64,000 bases of DNA. Origin: the human T2T-CHM13v2.0 reference genome, Homo sapiens. Position numbers and translations under genes: made by a program. Within the stretch, counting starts at the first letter, position 1; the number at the start of each line of letters is the position of its first letter. Below the pieces are notes generated by a model that was given only the letters and a program-made list of their open reading frames with translations, was not told where the DNA came from and made no database searches. The stretch lies in assembly GCF_009914755.1 (NCBI RefSeq), contig NC_060926.1; one strand, written 5' to 3'. Shown here in pieces: positions 28,098 through 39,900 of the stretch.

Positions 28098-29620
28098 ATG
28101 GGACAACAGTTATCGGCTCAAAAGCAACAGTATATAAAAGTATTGAAACAGCTGCTTAAAGCTAGTGGAGCCTCGGTTTTGCAGGCTCAATTAAGGGACC
28201 TAATGCAAACTGTTGTTTCCCATAACCCATGGTTCCTAGAAGAAGGTATGCTAGACATAGTGCTCTGGGAACAAGTGGGGAGAAATCTTAAACAACATCA
28301 TGCGCAAGGGCAACGGGTCCCAGTAACATCTCTAATGTTATAGGCTTTAATTAGGGTGGCTCTGGTTCCGCTTTACACAGAAGAGCCTAAAAAGGGAAGG
28401 GAGGAGGAACAGTCACCTACTTTACTGCCTCCTTATCCCTCAGCCTGCTACCACCGGGCCAAAATAACAAAGAGGAAACGGAGGTTTTGCCTAAGCCCCG
28501 TCCTCCAATAAATTGGAAAAAAGACAAGGGATACGTTACAGCTATGGGACCCTGCATTAGGCAAGCGGCATTAGAAGGGAAGCTCTTAGCCTGCCCAGTA
28601 ATGCAAGATCGACAAGGCAATCAGGTACATGAACCCATTTCTTTTAACGCTTACAAAGAGCTATGAAAAAGCATTAAATAAAATGGAGCTGCTAGCCCAT
28701 TTATGAAAGGAATGATTGAAGCCATGGCAGACAACTTCTGTATGACCCCATGGACTGGTCAGTGCTAGCTAAAACGACTTTGGAGCCCAGCCAATACATT
28801 CTCTGGAGAGCAGAATATGATGAGTTGTGTCAACAGTAAGCCAACCAGAACCAGGTTGCCAGGCAAGACATAACAGCTGCTATGCTCCAGGGGTGGGGCC
28901 CCCATGTCGATGTACAACAACAACTAACTTTTGATCCCCAGGTCTATGCACAAGTGTTTTTGTGCACTGTCAGGGCTTGGGACTGAATTCCCAAAAGCGG
29001 AGTTCAACAGGGATCTTTTATAAATGTTTGACAAGGGCCTCAGGAGCCATTTGTTGAGTTTATCAATTGGTTAACCCAGACAATTAAGAGACAAATTAGT
29101 CATGCCCAGGCTGCTGATATCTTATTGTTGCAATTGACTTATGAAAATGCTAATGTGGATTGCCTGCAAGAAATGCAGGCACTCAGAGGAAAGGCAGCCA
29201 CAGTTGGAGAATTTATATGAGCATGTCAACTGGTGGGGACTGAAACACACAAAGCCAAAATATTGGCTATGGTATTAAGGCCTCCTAAAGTGAAAAGGGA
29301 GAGAAATCCAAATTGTTTTCTATGTGGAGAGCCAGGTCATATGAAGAGAGAATGCCTCAATAATAGAGACCAAGGTAACTCAGGAAAAGAATCCCCTTCT
29401 ATATTTCCCCGATGTAACAAGGGGAAACAATGGGCAAATCAAGGCAGGTCCAAATTTGATAAAAACGGCAACCCTATAAGTAACCAGGTGGGAAACTTCA
29501 TGAGGGGGCTGGCCCCAGGCCCCGCTTCAAACTGGGGTAATGCCAGTGGCTTTCCTCGGTCAGATGGAAAGCCCACAGTCCTCTCTCTCAGAGCAGCCAC
29601 CGCTGGAAGCGCAGGACTGG
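28098..29620 (+). pseudogene. gag: HML-5 gag remnant
   Basis: MGQQLS myristoylation-type start, LPPYP late-domain remnant, MHR-like QGPQEPF, intact CFLCGEPGHMKREC knuckle plus a degenerate second knuckle; multiple stops. End approximate. Confidence 0.9.
29490..29540 (+). promoter_or_regulatory. gag-pro -1 ribosomal frameshift signal (G GGA AAC plus H-type pseudoknot)
   Basis: Slippery heptamer at 29490-96 in gag frame; stem 1 GGGGCT/GGCCCC, stem 2 CCCCA/TGGGG; same layout as the SRV-1 gag-pro signal. Confidence 0.85.
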
Positions 29621-30293
29621 GCTTACTCTGCCCCGACGAATTAGTGCTAAAAGAAGGAGAAGACCCTAAAAGGGTTTGCAACTGGGATCTGGGGCCCACT
29701 GCCTCTGGGAACAGTGGGATTAGTCCCAGAGCGATCGCGCCTATCCAGTAAAGGAATTAATGTGCTCAATGGGGTAACTGATAGTAATTATCAAGGTCAG
29801 ATATTACTTACGATGGAATGTAAAGGTCTGCATATTCTTCCCCCGGATCAAAGATAGAACAGTTACTGCTTTCACCATACTGGGTTCCCAACGCCCACAG
29901 AAAGGAAAGGGGAAAGGGAACTTATGGAAGTACAGGAGCCATAGGAAAATATTGGAATCAATTAATCACTGATCAGAGACCCATGATTACCTTAAAATTG
30001 GAAATAAAAATTTTACTGGCTTATTGGACACAGGGGTGGACATTTCGATTATTAGTGATGAAAACTGGCCAGAAACTTGGCCTTGGGTCACTCAAAAAAT
30101 TGGGTCACAAACAAAAAATTGTCGGCATCAGGGAAGCATACACAGCTAAGCAGAGCATGTGCCCCCTAACCTGTTGCGATTCAGAGGGAAGAAAGGCAGT
30201 TATACAACCTCTAATTATGCCCATCCCTGTTAATCTTTGAGGATGAGATCTATTAGCCCAGTGCGGGGGGTCACTCTGCAGTCCCTTTTCTAA
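29490..30293 (+). pseudogene. pro: HML-5 pro remnant (dUTPase plus aspartic protease)
   Basis: dUTPase motifs AGLGL, ERSRL, GVTDSNYQG, KIEQL, RGKGTYGSTG; protease LLDTGVD and NL*G*DLL; frameshifted. Confidence 0.9.
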
Positions 30294-30295
30294 TA

Positions 30296-32885
30296 ATGGC
30301 CACTGTTATTATCCCTCCGGTACCCCTGACATGGCTCTCTCAAGATCCAATTTGGGTACAACAGTGGCCTTTAAAGGGACAGAAATTACAAAGAGCCTAT
30401 GAATTAGTTGAGGAGCAATTAAAAACCGGCCATATAGAACCATCAAACAGCCCTTGGAATTCACCCATTTTTGTCATTCCCAAAAAGTCTGGTAAATGGA
30501 GACTTTTGCATGACTTACGTGCCATCAATGCTCATTTGCAACCTATGGGGCACCTTCAGCAGGGGCTCCCCTCCCCTGTGGAGATTCCTCGAGATTGGCC
30601 TATAATCATTATTGACTTAAAAGACTGCTTTTATACTATTCCCCTTGCAAAGCAGGACAGAAAATTTGTGTTTACAATACCAGCTATCAATAATGAAAGG
30701 CCAACTCGCTGATTTCATTGGAAAGTGCTTCCTCAAAGGATGCTAAACAGTCCTACTATGTGTCAAGATCATGTAAATCAGGCTTTGCTCCCCAGTAGAA
30801 AAAAATTTCCTAATTGCAAGGTTATTCATTTTATGGATGATATTTTACTAGTAGCCCCAACAGAGCCAGTACTTGTAAATTTACATGCCTCCGTCATAAA
30901 GAATACACAGTTAAGAGGTTTAATCATAGCACATGAAAAAGTATAGATGTCTTCTCCTTGGAAATATCTTGGATACATACTAACTTCTTGGTCAGTAAGA
31001 CCTCAAAAAGCAACTTATACACCTTAAATGATTATCAGAAATTACCAGGTGATATTAACTGCTTTCACCCCACCTTAGGCATAACTACTGATAAGTTACA
31101 GAACCTGTTTTCTATCTTAAAACGCAATGCTGCCCTAGACTCTCCTAGGTATTTAACTCCTGCGGCACAAAGGGAAATTGAAGAGATAGAGCAAGCTATT
31201 TCTCAGAGGCAACTAGATCGCATAGATCCATGGTACTCAGTTCAATTGTTTGTTTCCACTAAACGTTCCTCTACAGGGTTAATAGGACAGATGACCCCAG
31301 GGCTGTGCTTCCTAGAAAGGGTTTTTTGCTCGTATACCGGGACTAAAACACTCTTTCCCTATATCCAGTTCGTCAGTAAAGTCATCTATTCAGGCTGCAG
31401 ATGACGCAATCAGTTGCTAGGTTATGACCCTGATATCATCAGGATTCCTTTAAGTAAAAAGCAATTCAAAGCAGTATTGCCTTTATCTATGGACGTGCAA
31501 ATAGCACTCTCTGATTACACAGGCCAAATAGAGCATGCCCTACCTGCTGACAAACTCCTTCAATTCTTATCTCACACTTCTGTGGTTTTGCCTACTAAAA
31601 TAGTTCAATCCCCCATACCTAACACTTTAACACTGTTTACTGATGGCTCTGGTAAACATGGAAAAGCGGCTGTTTGGTGGATTCTGCATAATTCCCTCAC
31701 TTGGTCTGGATTTACTAGCACTCAGAGAGCTGAGGTTGGAGCTTTAATACTGGCCTTGGAAACTTTTTCCGCTCAGCCCGTCAATATTGTTAGTGAGTCT
31801 GTTTACTCTGTTTGTTTATTGCAGAATCTTGAGACAGCCCTCATTAAGTCCACATTGGAGCCCATCCTGTGTGCACTCTTTCTCCAACTTCAGCATTTGC
31901 TAGATCAACATACACATCCTATTTTTATCACACATATTCGAGCCTACAGCTCACTGCCTGGTCCATTGGCATATGGCAATGATCAAGCAGACCTATCAGT
32001 TATGACATCACTGCTTGACCAAGCCACCCAATTGCATCAATTTTTCCACCAAAACTGGAGAAACTTATCTAAACAATTTCAACTTACCCAGAGACTAAAC
32101 AAATTATCCTGCAATGCCCAGATTGCCAGCTCAGTCACGTCCCCTCCTTCCACAGGTGTTAACCCTACAGGACTAGAACCTTATCAGTTACGGCAAACAG
32201 ACGTTACACACATCCGTGAATTTGGAAAACTTAGATATGTACATGTATCCGTTGATACCAATTCTCACTTAATTAGCACTTATGCCTTTCCTGGAGAGTC
32301 CACCCATTATGTCATTAAACATCTTCTTTTAACTTTTGCATTTATGGGGCAGCCCACAAAAATTAAAACTGATAATGGTCCGGCTTATGCCAGCTCACAA
32401 TTTCAACAATTTTGTCACACGTGGAACATCCAACATTCCAAAGGCATCCCGTATAACCCTAAATACAGGCCATAGAACGTACCCACTCCACCCTTAAAAA
32501 TATGCTCAGAAAACAAAATAGGAGGAATATGAGTAAGGGCCCTGCAATACTATTGGCACAAGCTTATTTACCCTTAATTTTTAAAATTTAAATGATAAAT
32601 TTCAATCAGCTGTAGAAAAGCACTTTGCTAAAACCTCTCAAGACATAAAACCTGCTGTTTTATGGAAAGATGTAAACAGTAATGTATGGTGTGGTCCAAG
32701 TGAATTGTTAATGTAGGGAAGAGGATATGCTTGTGTTCACACCCCCTCAGGTCCTCTTTGGATTCCAGCACAATGCATCAAACCATACCATGGCATGGGT
32801 AGGACCCAACCCGGTACCAGAAATGAAGAAAATGACCCTACAGGACCCACAGCCCCAGATGATGTGGCTTCCTTGGATAACTAAA
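30296..32885 (+). pseudogene. pol: HML-5 pol remnant (RT, RNase H, integrase)
   Basis: [63 protein letters not shown]. The longest open piece is 31414-32475 (353 aa). Confidence 0.95.
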
Positions 32886-34745
32886 GCCTCAGACATTACC
32901 TGGGGGATGCTGAAGAAGACAACTTAGGAGGCTGAACGAATCCTGCTCCGGACACAGACACCATTCACTCCAGATAATGTGTTCCTTGCTATGCTCTCTG
33001 TTGTACACTGCAACTCATGTAGGGTATTGATCCTTTTTATGCTCTTGCTTTGTCCGCAACCTGTACCTGCTATACTCTGTTGGACTCATATCTTAGATCT
33101 GCCTTTCTTCGCCCTGTCACCTGGGCAGACACCCCCTTTCCACCCTCTAAAACCATAACTGCTTGGCTGGGAGGGACAGATTTACCCCCAGTGGGGTCCC
33201 TCATTAATAGCACACATTGGACTAAGGTGCCTGGTAACACTACATATCACTCCACTATCCTGCCACTGTGTGTAGTTACAAAAGTTCTAACCCTTACCCT
33301 TACTGTGTACCTGCCCCAAATACAATTATGGCTACATCATGGCAAAGGAAATGCCTTAACATTCTTAGCTGCAGGTAGCCTTAAACCGGGCAACGCAATC
33401 AATGCCACTTTCCCAAACATTCCTCCCAGTGCTAAAGAACAAAGCCTGGAAAGTAATGGATTCCACTTTAGCTGGGAGGTCTGTCATGGGGGACAAGCCC
33501 ATAGCTTCTAGTTAGGCAATTGTAACATCTTAGACTGGAGCCCCCACAGCCATTTGCAGGGCGATCATACTGATGTCCGCGTCTATCATGGCATCAATGA
33601 CAGTTTTGAAGCCACTTCCCGTTCCCCTATAATTTGGGCTGATAGGAAAATGTGACATCCCAGACCTCAAGTAAAGTCCATACCACCTGAAGACACTTTA
33701 TGGTGCCTGGGACATCTTAGCACCCCCCTTAACACCTGGCATGGGACATATCATAATTCCAGTCACAATTATACTATGATGTTTTTTCATAATCACACTG
33801 ATCAGTGCTTGACTTGCACTACCCATGCATATGTTTTCCCTTATGGGAACCAATATTTCTATTACACTCCAAAACTCCACATTTGTGACCCGAGTGCAGG
33901 GACAGGCTTGGTTTGCCTCTGTATCTCTAATTATAATATATCTAATTTAAATATTACCAGCATCATGGTATTGAGGAGACAATCTGAGGCTTTTCTGCCA
34001 GTCAATTTAATATATGATTGGCAAAGTTCCTCTACCCTTGCCAACTTAGAACGTGCCCTGTCTCAGTTCAGACACAAAAGATTCATAGTTACACTTATAG
34101 CCTTTATAGTCTCAGCCATAGTCATCCTAGCAATGCTAGCGTGGCTGTAGCATCTATTACTGAATCAATACAAACAGCTACTTTTATAGATAATTTGGCA
34201 GAAATGTGTCTAATGAACTTCTCTTACAGCAGGGTATAGATCAAAAGATTCTTGCATGTCTGCAAGCCCTCGAGGCTGCCTTGGAAGATGTGGGGGAGTG
34301 ACAAGATGCACTGGTATTCTGACAGCAATTAAACTGTGACTGGGAGCATAAGGATAACTGTGTCACTTCTCTACCTTGGAATCAATCAATACATAGTTGG
34401 GATGAGGTGAAACCACCTCTGGAGAACCTTTCATGACAATTTAACAGCAGACATAAAGCAACTTAAAACTAAAATTCTAGAATCCCTAAATGCCATAGAT
34501 CTACATGCCCAACAAACAGCCATATGGAAGGGTGTGCGAGATCATCTCTCCTGGAAAGACCCCCGTTCCTGGGGGCCACTCCTTCATTGGAAAAGAACGT
34601 TGCTAATTATACTCATGTTTGCTTATGTTATTTACTAATTCTAGGATGCAAAGCCAGAATATGAGCAATGACCACCACGCCTGACAAACCTGTTCCTGCA
34701 CAAATCTGTACTCTTCAATCAACAAAACCTGATGCAAAAAACAGA
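32790..34745 (+). pseudogene. env: HML-5 env remnant
   Basis: Acceptor 'ccccctcag' ending 32750; leader TWGMLKKTT...TPFTPDNVFLAML; furin site RHKR plus hydrophobic fusion peptide (~34070-34140); TM heptad and CDWEHKDNC loop; many stops and frameshifts. Confidence 0.88.
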
Positions 34746-34757
34746 AAAAGGGGGAGA
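34743..34757 (+). promoter_or_regulatory. Polypurine tract
   Basis: AGAAAAAGGGGGAGA immediately before the 3' LTR TG. Confidence 0.9.
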
Positions 34758-35247
34758 TGTAGGAGATCGGTCAGGGTGGTGGGAAAAATTGTAGAAAGAT
34801 GCAAACCTTCTTGAAAGGCTGGGAGCTTTTACAAAAGCTTTGGGAAAGGATTTGGCTGAAGGCAGCCAGATTCTCTAATCCAGTGCCTGAAAGCTTAGGT
34901 TAGATAACAAGGGGATGTAAAGAAACTGCTCTAGATAAGTTAGTTTACTTAGGCCTCGGAACCTGGCCTTTAATCATCTGCACACAGGACTGCTCTCTCT
35001 GAGTTGGGGGTTGGGGGGTGGGGGGATGACCCACAAGTGTGTTGACTCAGGCCTTTGTCATTGAATCTGTACTGAATAAATGCCTGCAGCACCAGTGGGT
35101 CAGGGCCACGGCTGCTGACTCTTTACAGCACCCTCCTCAGGGTCTGTAAACGGCCAGGTCTCCTAGCCCGCTCTTTCACTGGATACTTGTGTCTGAGTGT
35201 ATTCTTTCATCCATCGTTCAGCCAGGGTCTGCAGGTCGGACCTGGCA
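34758..35247 (+). repeat. 3' LTR (LTR22 family), 490 bp
   Basis: tgtaggagatcggtcagggtgg...ggacctggca; about 40 substitutions plus a G-run indel relative to the 5' LTR (hand count). Confidence 0.95.
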
Positions 35248-35476
35248 CTTGGCAAAGTACTTTATCTAGTGTGTCACCATATGTCACTTTTATTAATTAA
35301 CTTATCAATGTCCTTTATGGCATTTCCCCATCTCCAGTACAGGTTTCAGTCTAGGGTCAGGTATGGCATTTTGTTGTCATTTCTCTTTAGCCTCCTTTAA
35401 TCTGGCTTTCACGATGTTGATTCCCCCATCTGACCCCACTCCACCATTACCCACCACCAATACCCTTTTTTGTTCC

Positions 35477-35565
35477 TCACAAATTTGTGTCATCTTCGTG
35501 CAGGGCAATGCTAATCTTCTCTATGTCATTTCAATTTTTCACGTATCTGCTGCCAAAGCAAGCAC
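35477..35565 (-). pseudogene. U6 snRNA retropseudogene, 3'-truncated
   Basis: Minus strand reads GTGCTTGCTTTGGCAGCAGATACG...AGAGAAGATTAGCATTGCCCTGCACGAAGATGACACAAATTTGTGA, aligning to U6 nt 1 to ~92 with many substitutions. Confidence 0.9.
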
Positions 35566-36805
35566 CACGCACCATTTTTGTTTGAATTGCATGTTCCTCA
35601 TTGTGTGTTTGTCTCATATTTCCTCATGGTCAGATTACATAATTTCAACCTGAATACTGTCCTATCCAGGGTGTCACATCAAGAGCCACACAATGTCATC
35701 TGTACTGCAGAAATGAGGTTAATTTTGATCACCTGGTCAAAAAGTGTTACACGGTTTCTACTTGGTCTCATTACCGTTTTGGTTTTTTTCTCCCTCACAA
35801 CTAATAAGAAACTAATAATATGTGGGGATCACTTTAAGATTATGCGGATACCCTAACCATGACTATTGTGAGCGTACCTTTCCCATGCCAAGCACTGTGC
35901 ATTCCAGATGTGGTCTCTTCCCATCCTAGGAGGGCTCCTTCATTTCTCACGACCACAAACCCATCTTCTCTTGGCTTGAAGCACTCTCTTGGACGCACTG
36001 TATCAAGAGCAGGATCAGATCTGAGGTTGCTAATGCTGTGATTAGGAAGCTGCAGATGGAACTGGAGCAGAGAAAAAGAGAAAAAGAAGACATGTTAATG
36101 AGGGGGTCCCATCAAGAGGAGGAAACTGTCTTCAGAATCCTGGCTCAGCTCCAGGAAAGGGAGAAACAGACTCGAAGGGCTGGGAGGTCAGGGACTTAGA
36201 GTCACTGAGTCATACTAGTGAGACTTGGCCTTGTTCTGTGAAACTGAGCCCCTGGCTTCCCACACTCTGTGGGGCCAGCAGCCTGGGCACTTTTCTCTGC
36301 AGGGTTGTCAGTGGGCAGTGGTAACCCAGAACATCTGAGGAACAATACCCTTTAGAGCAAAGCCAGTGGCTGCCAAGGCTTTTAAAAAGACCAAAAAATC
36401 CAACACCCTCATGACAAAGAAAAACAGGCCCCAACTTTAATTGCTTCAGAGCCCCAGAAGGGCCATTTGAACTGCTGTCCAGACCCCAAACTGTGCACAG
36501 CCATTCCAGAACAAAGCAGATGCCAAGGGGCCTGACAGAATTGAGCTGTGCTGGAAGCACACAACCATGCAACCATTCACTGAGAAATTCTACCCAGGAC
36601 CCAGGCAGCCAGGTTTTCATCCAGCTCTTCTGCAAAGGATAGCAAAGAATCAAATAAAGGAGTCTTCATTATTAAATTCTATTGTATGGACCCCAAATAG
36701 GCTTAAAAGATGTCTCTTTGATAGGCAGGTCCCTGAGGAAGAGCTACCACGGAGCATGATGAGGGGTTTCTGCCAAGTTGGGAAGGTGTCCTAGAAGGCA
36801 ACAAT

Positions 36806-36945
36806 TCTGTCCATCTGTCCATCCATCCATCCATCCACCCATCCACCTATCCGTCTGTCCATCCATCCATCCACCCGCCCACCCATCCATCTGTCCATCC
36901 GTCCGTCCATCCATCCATCCATTCGTTCTTTCATTCATTCAACCA
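36806..36945. repeat. (TCCA)n/(TTCA)n simple repeat at an L2 3' end
   Basis: Degenerate TCCA array grading into 'ttcattcattcaaccaatgaatattt'. Confidence 0.85.
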
Positions 36946-39900
36946 ATGAATATTTCTTTAGTAGCTACTATGTGCCTAGAGACCCAGGACACTGAGCTGG
37001 AGATGAAGTGGGAAGACAATGCCCCAATAATAAAAGAGAAAACTTCTGTCCTCATAGGGTGAATAGGGAAAATCTTTACTTTTCCTGTCATTGAGGAAAT
37101 ATATAGCCCTTAAGATCTTTGTAAATATAGAATCTAGACTCTTCTGAAAGAAAAAAACCTTTCTTTCCTTTCACTCTAGGAAAAGAAAAATAAAGAAACA
37201 TGAGCTGACATTCATTAGAATCCACTAAAAGGTGGAATTTCACTTTGACATTGAGCTTTAGAACCAGCACACCACAGACCCCAGAGTGATTCCACACTTT
37301 TCTATGCCCTCTGTCTTGAGCTTGTAAAAATAGGTCAGGTAAGTGTGAAATGCCCAGAGGCTGTAAAAGGCTGGAAAGAAGCTCACAGGCCAGCCTACCT
37401 GGGGACAGAGGATTAGGATGTGAGTGTGTGTTCCAGGACAAGAGCACCTGTCTCCCCAGAGGGCCCCTCACAGCCTGAGGAGGGCCATTTGCCTGAGCAA
37501 TGTCCCAGTGCAAGGAATGGTTGGGTGCCTCTGCAGTCTTACGCCAGGAGACTTTGGGGGAACAGGAGCAGCAGGGCTCTTCCTGAGCCAGTGTGCAGGC
37601 TTCTGGGGACAGTTGAGATTTCTGCTGTATAAGGAATTAAATGGTTGGCACCTCACTCACCCATTGAAAATGCGCCCCAAGATGATACTGAAATGTTGGG
37701 CTGGGGGTTTCTCCTGGTACAGAAAAATCCAGTGACTAGATGGTGCACTGCAGGGAGAGGCAGCAGAGGAAGAAGCCCTGTCTGGAAGCCATTTCTGCAG
37801 GATGGAAGTGTGGTGTCTCGTAGCCCGACGTCTCCTGGAGGGCAGGGACCCCACTCACAGCCAAACTTATGGAGCAGAGTTCCCTCAGGGATGGGGAAGT
37901 CCTCATTCTTTTAGTAATTCTCTATAAGGAGTAAGGAAATTGTGAGGGTGCCTTCTTCTGCCCCTCCCTCCCCCTCCTCCCCTGGCTCTTCTGCCTCCTG
38001 CCACAGTCATTGGCAAGTCTTTCCCTGAGGTATTTCAAGAATTGCTAATCCAAGTGACTGGTTCCATTTCCAACCCAGCTGATACCCATGACGTTTTGGA
38101 GCGAGTGAAGCACACCTGAAGCCTAGTCCCCTTGTGAGGTTCCTACTGCCCACCAGTGTAGGACATGGCCAGGAATGACAAAACAAGCCAGCAAATCACC
38201 AAAGAGGCCAAAATCGATGTCACAAAATGTTTCACTTGTTTTATTTATTTATACCCAACCTATTTTCAGAAAAAGCCTCAGAGTAACTTTAATTTATTCA
38301 CATGTAAAATCTCCATTTGGAACCCATTTACACTAACTTTACACATAATTCTAATAAGTTTTCTAAGCTCTTAAATATAAAAAGCAGCAAATAATTAAAT
38401 GTGGGAGAAGCTACTACAGACAGATAAACTGATAACAGCAGGAAATGACAAGTGCCAACAAGAGGGGAGACAGAAAAACTGAAATAGTCCCCAGAACTCA
38501 AAACCAACAGCCTGGGCCCATTTAGTGTGGGGTTAAATAACCCTTAGACTCTTACACCTAATCTAGACTGGGCCACTTATTGATATTTTCAGTGATGACC
38601 CCAAGTCTCTAAGAGGAGGTAAAATTATGTTCACTTTAAGGAAGTTGAAATGTATTTGTTTAGAAAGATTTTTGTCTTAAGTCACTAAAATTTTTAAGTT
38701 TTGTGTATACATGATTGAATTTTCAAGTACTTGGAGACTTAGTCATCTAGAATGACTCACAGCATGAAGTTCAAACAAGCCTGGGTAGCAGGTTTTCAGT
38801 GTGAACACAGGTGTGTTTGGGGTTTTAATCAGTTGACTCTTGGTACAAATTATACTTCCCATCTTGAAAGGGGTAATTTGGGGCTCAACATAGACCTTCC
38901 TTGCTATTAATGCAAATAGCATTAATATGATTCACACAGCAGTGAATCAGAACCACAAGGACCAAATGTTTCACCTGGAATCTATACAGGCATATAAACA
39001 AGTGACCAAATGGATTTGGTGCCTCCCCAAATTAAAAAGAGAATTTGGAAATATAACTCAAGGTGTTTTGTCTAAATTCCAAGGCTGTCAAAATTTTTAT
39101 TTTTGATTTGGTTGGTTACATCCTAAACCCCTGGAACTGGGTGGCTGTAGGGTACAGCAGCCACTAGTCTTTGGCTGCCAAGAATCTCCCTTGTTACTTG
39201 GAAGAAATCCTGGTGGAAAGATGGGCTGTACTTCTCCCTACAGAAGCCAGAGGGGCCCAAGTATCTCTCCTAGCACGGAAAGAATGCGGCCATGTGACCC
39301 AGGATTGGCCTTGGCCTTTGAATCCACAGGAAGTAGTAGTTGTTCATGACATCTATACTATTTTAATAAGATAGACTGGGAGTGTCAGAGTAGGGGGAAA
39401 TGACTGCCCTTGGAAAAAAAAAGGATCCTGCAGGACAGACTTTGATGTGTGTGTGTCGCATGTGTGTAGTATGCGGTGTGTGTGTATGTGTGCATGCATG
39501 AACGTGCTTGTGTTTGCTTGACAGAAGGATTTCTAGTGTCATACCTTGGGGTATGGGTGGTGAGACAAAGCAAATAGAGACAGTGGGACCAGAAGAGACT
39601 CTGTATCTGCCCTAATATTGATATACTATGGTAAGACAAGGGCTGGGCCCAGTGACACAAAAGGCAAACATATTTAACAATAACAATTAAGATATCTTAT
39701 ATTTTTAACACTTCGTATGTCCCAAGTCCTGTGCTAAGGAATTAGCATGAATTATCTCAATTAATACTCATTAACATATGTGATGTAGCCTGTTTATACC
39801 CCCATTTCACAGCATCAGTCATGACTGTTTTATTGCCTAATTCAGGGGTCATTTTTAAGTCCTCATTCTGATGTTTAACCTCTCCTTTGGATGTTTGCCT

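Larger units (their letters stand above)
27480..35247 (+). mobile_element. Full-length HERV-K(HML-5)/HERVK22 provirus, coding-defective
   Basis: Paired TG...CA LTRs, 6-bp TSD CTTGGC (27474-79 / 35248-53), tRNA-Met PBS, polypurine tract, betaretroviral gag-pro-pol-env order with dUTPase. Confidence 0.95.
27215..35850 (-). mobile_element. L1MC4/5-like 3' end split by the provirus and the U6 pseudogene (pieces ~27215-27479 and ~35248-35850)
   Basis: 'aataatttcaaaattacagaaagttgcaaaa' and 'gtgtatttcctaagaacaggga' on the left; 'ttgtcatttctctttagcctcctttaatctgg' and 'ttttgatcacctggtc' on the right. Confidence 0.7.

Noticed and set aside
31414-32475. 353-aa ORF as a possible domesticated RNase H-integrase gene
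   Set aside because: Starts at TTG, the integrase HHCC region is disrupted, and the frame ends before the catalytic Glu; consistent with a residual pol fragment.
36744-37062. ORFs with repetitive PSIH/GWMD peptides
   Set aside because: Artefact of the (TCCA)n simple repeat.
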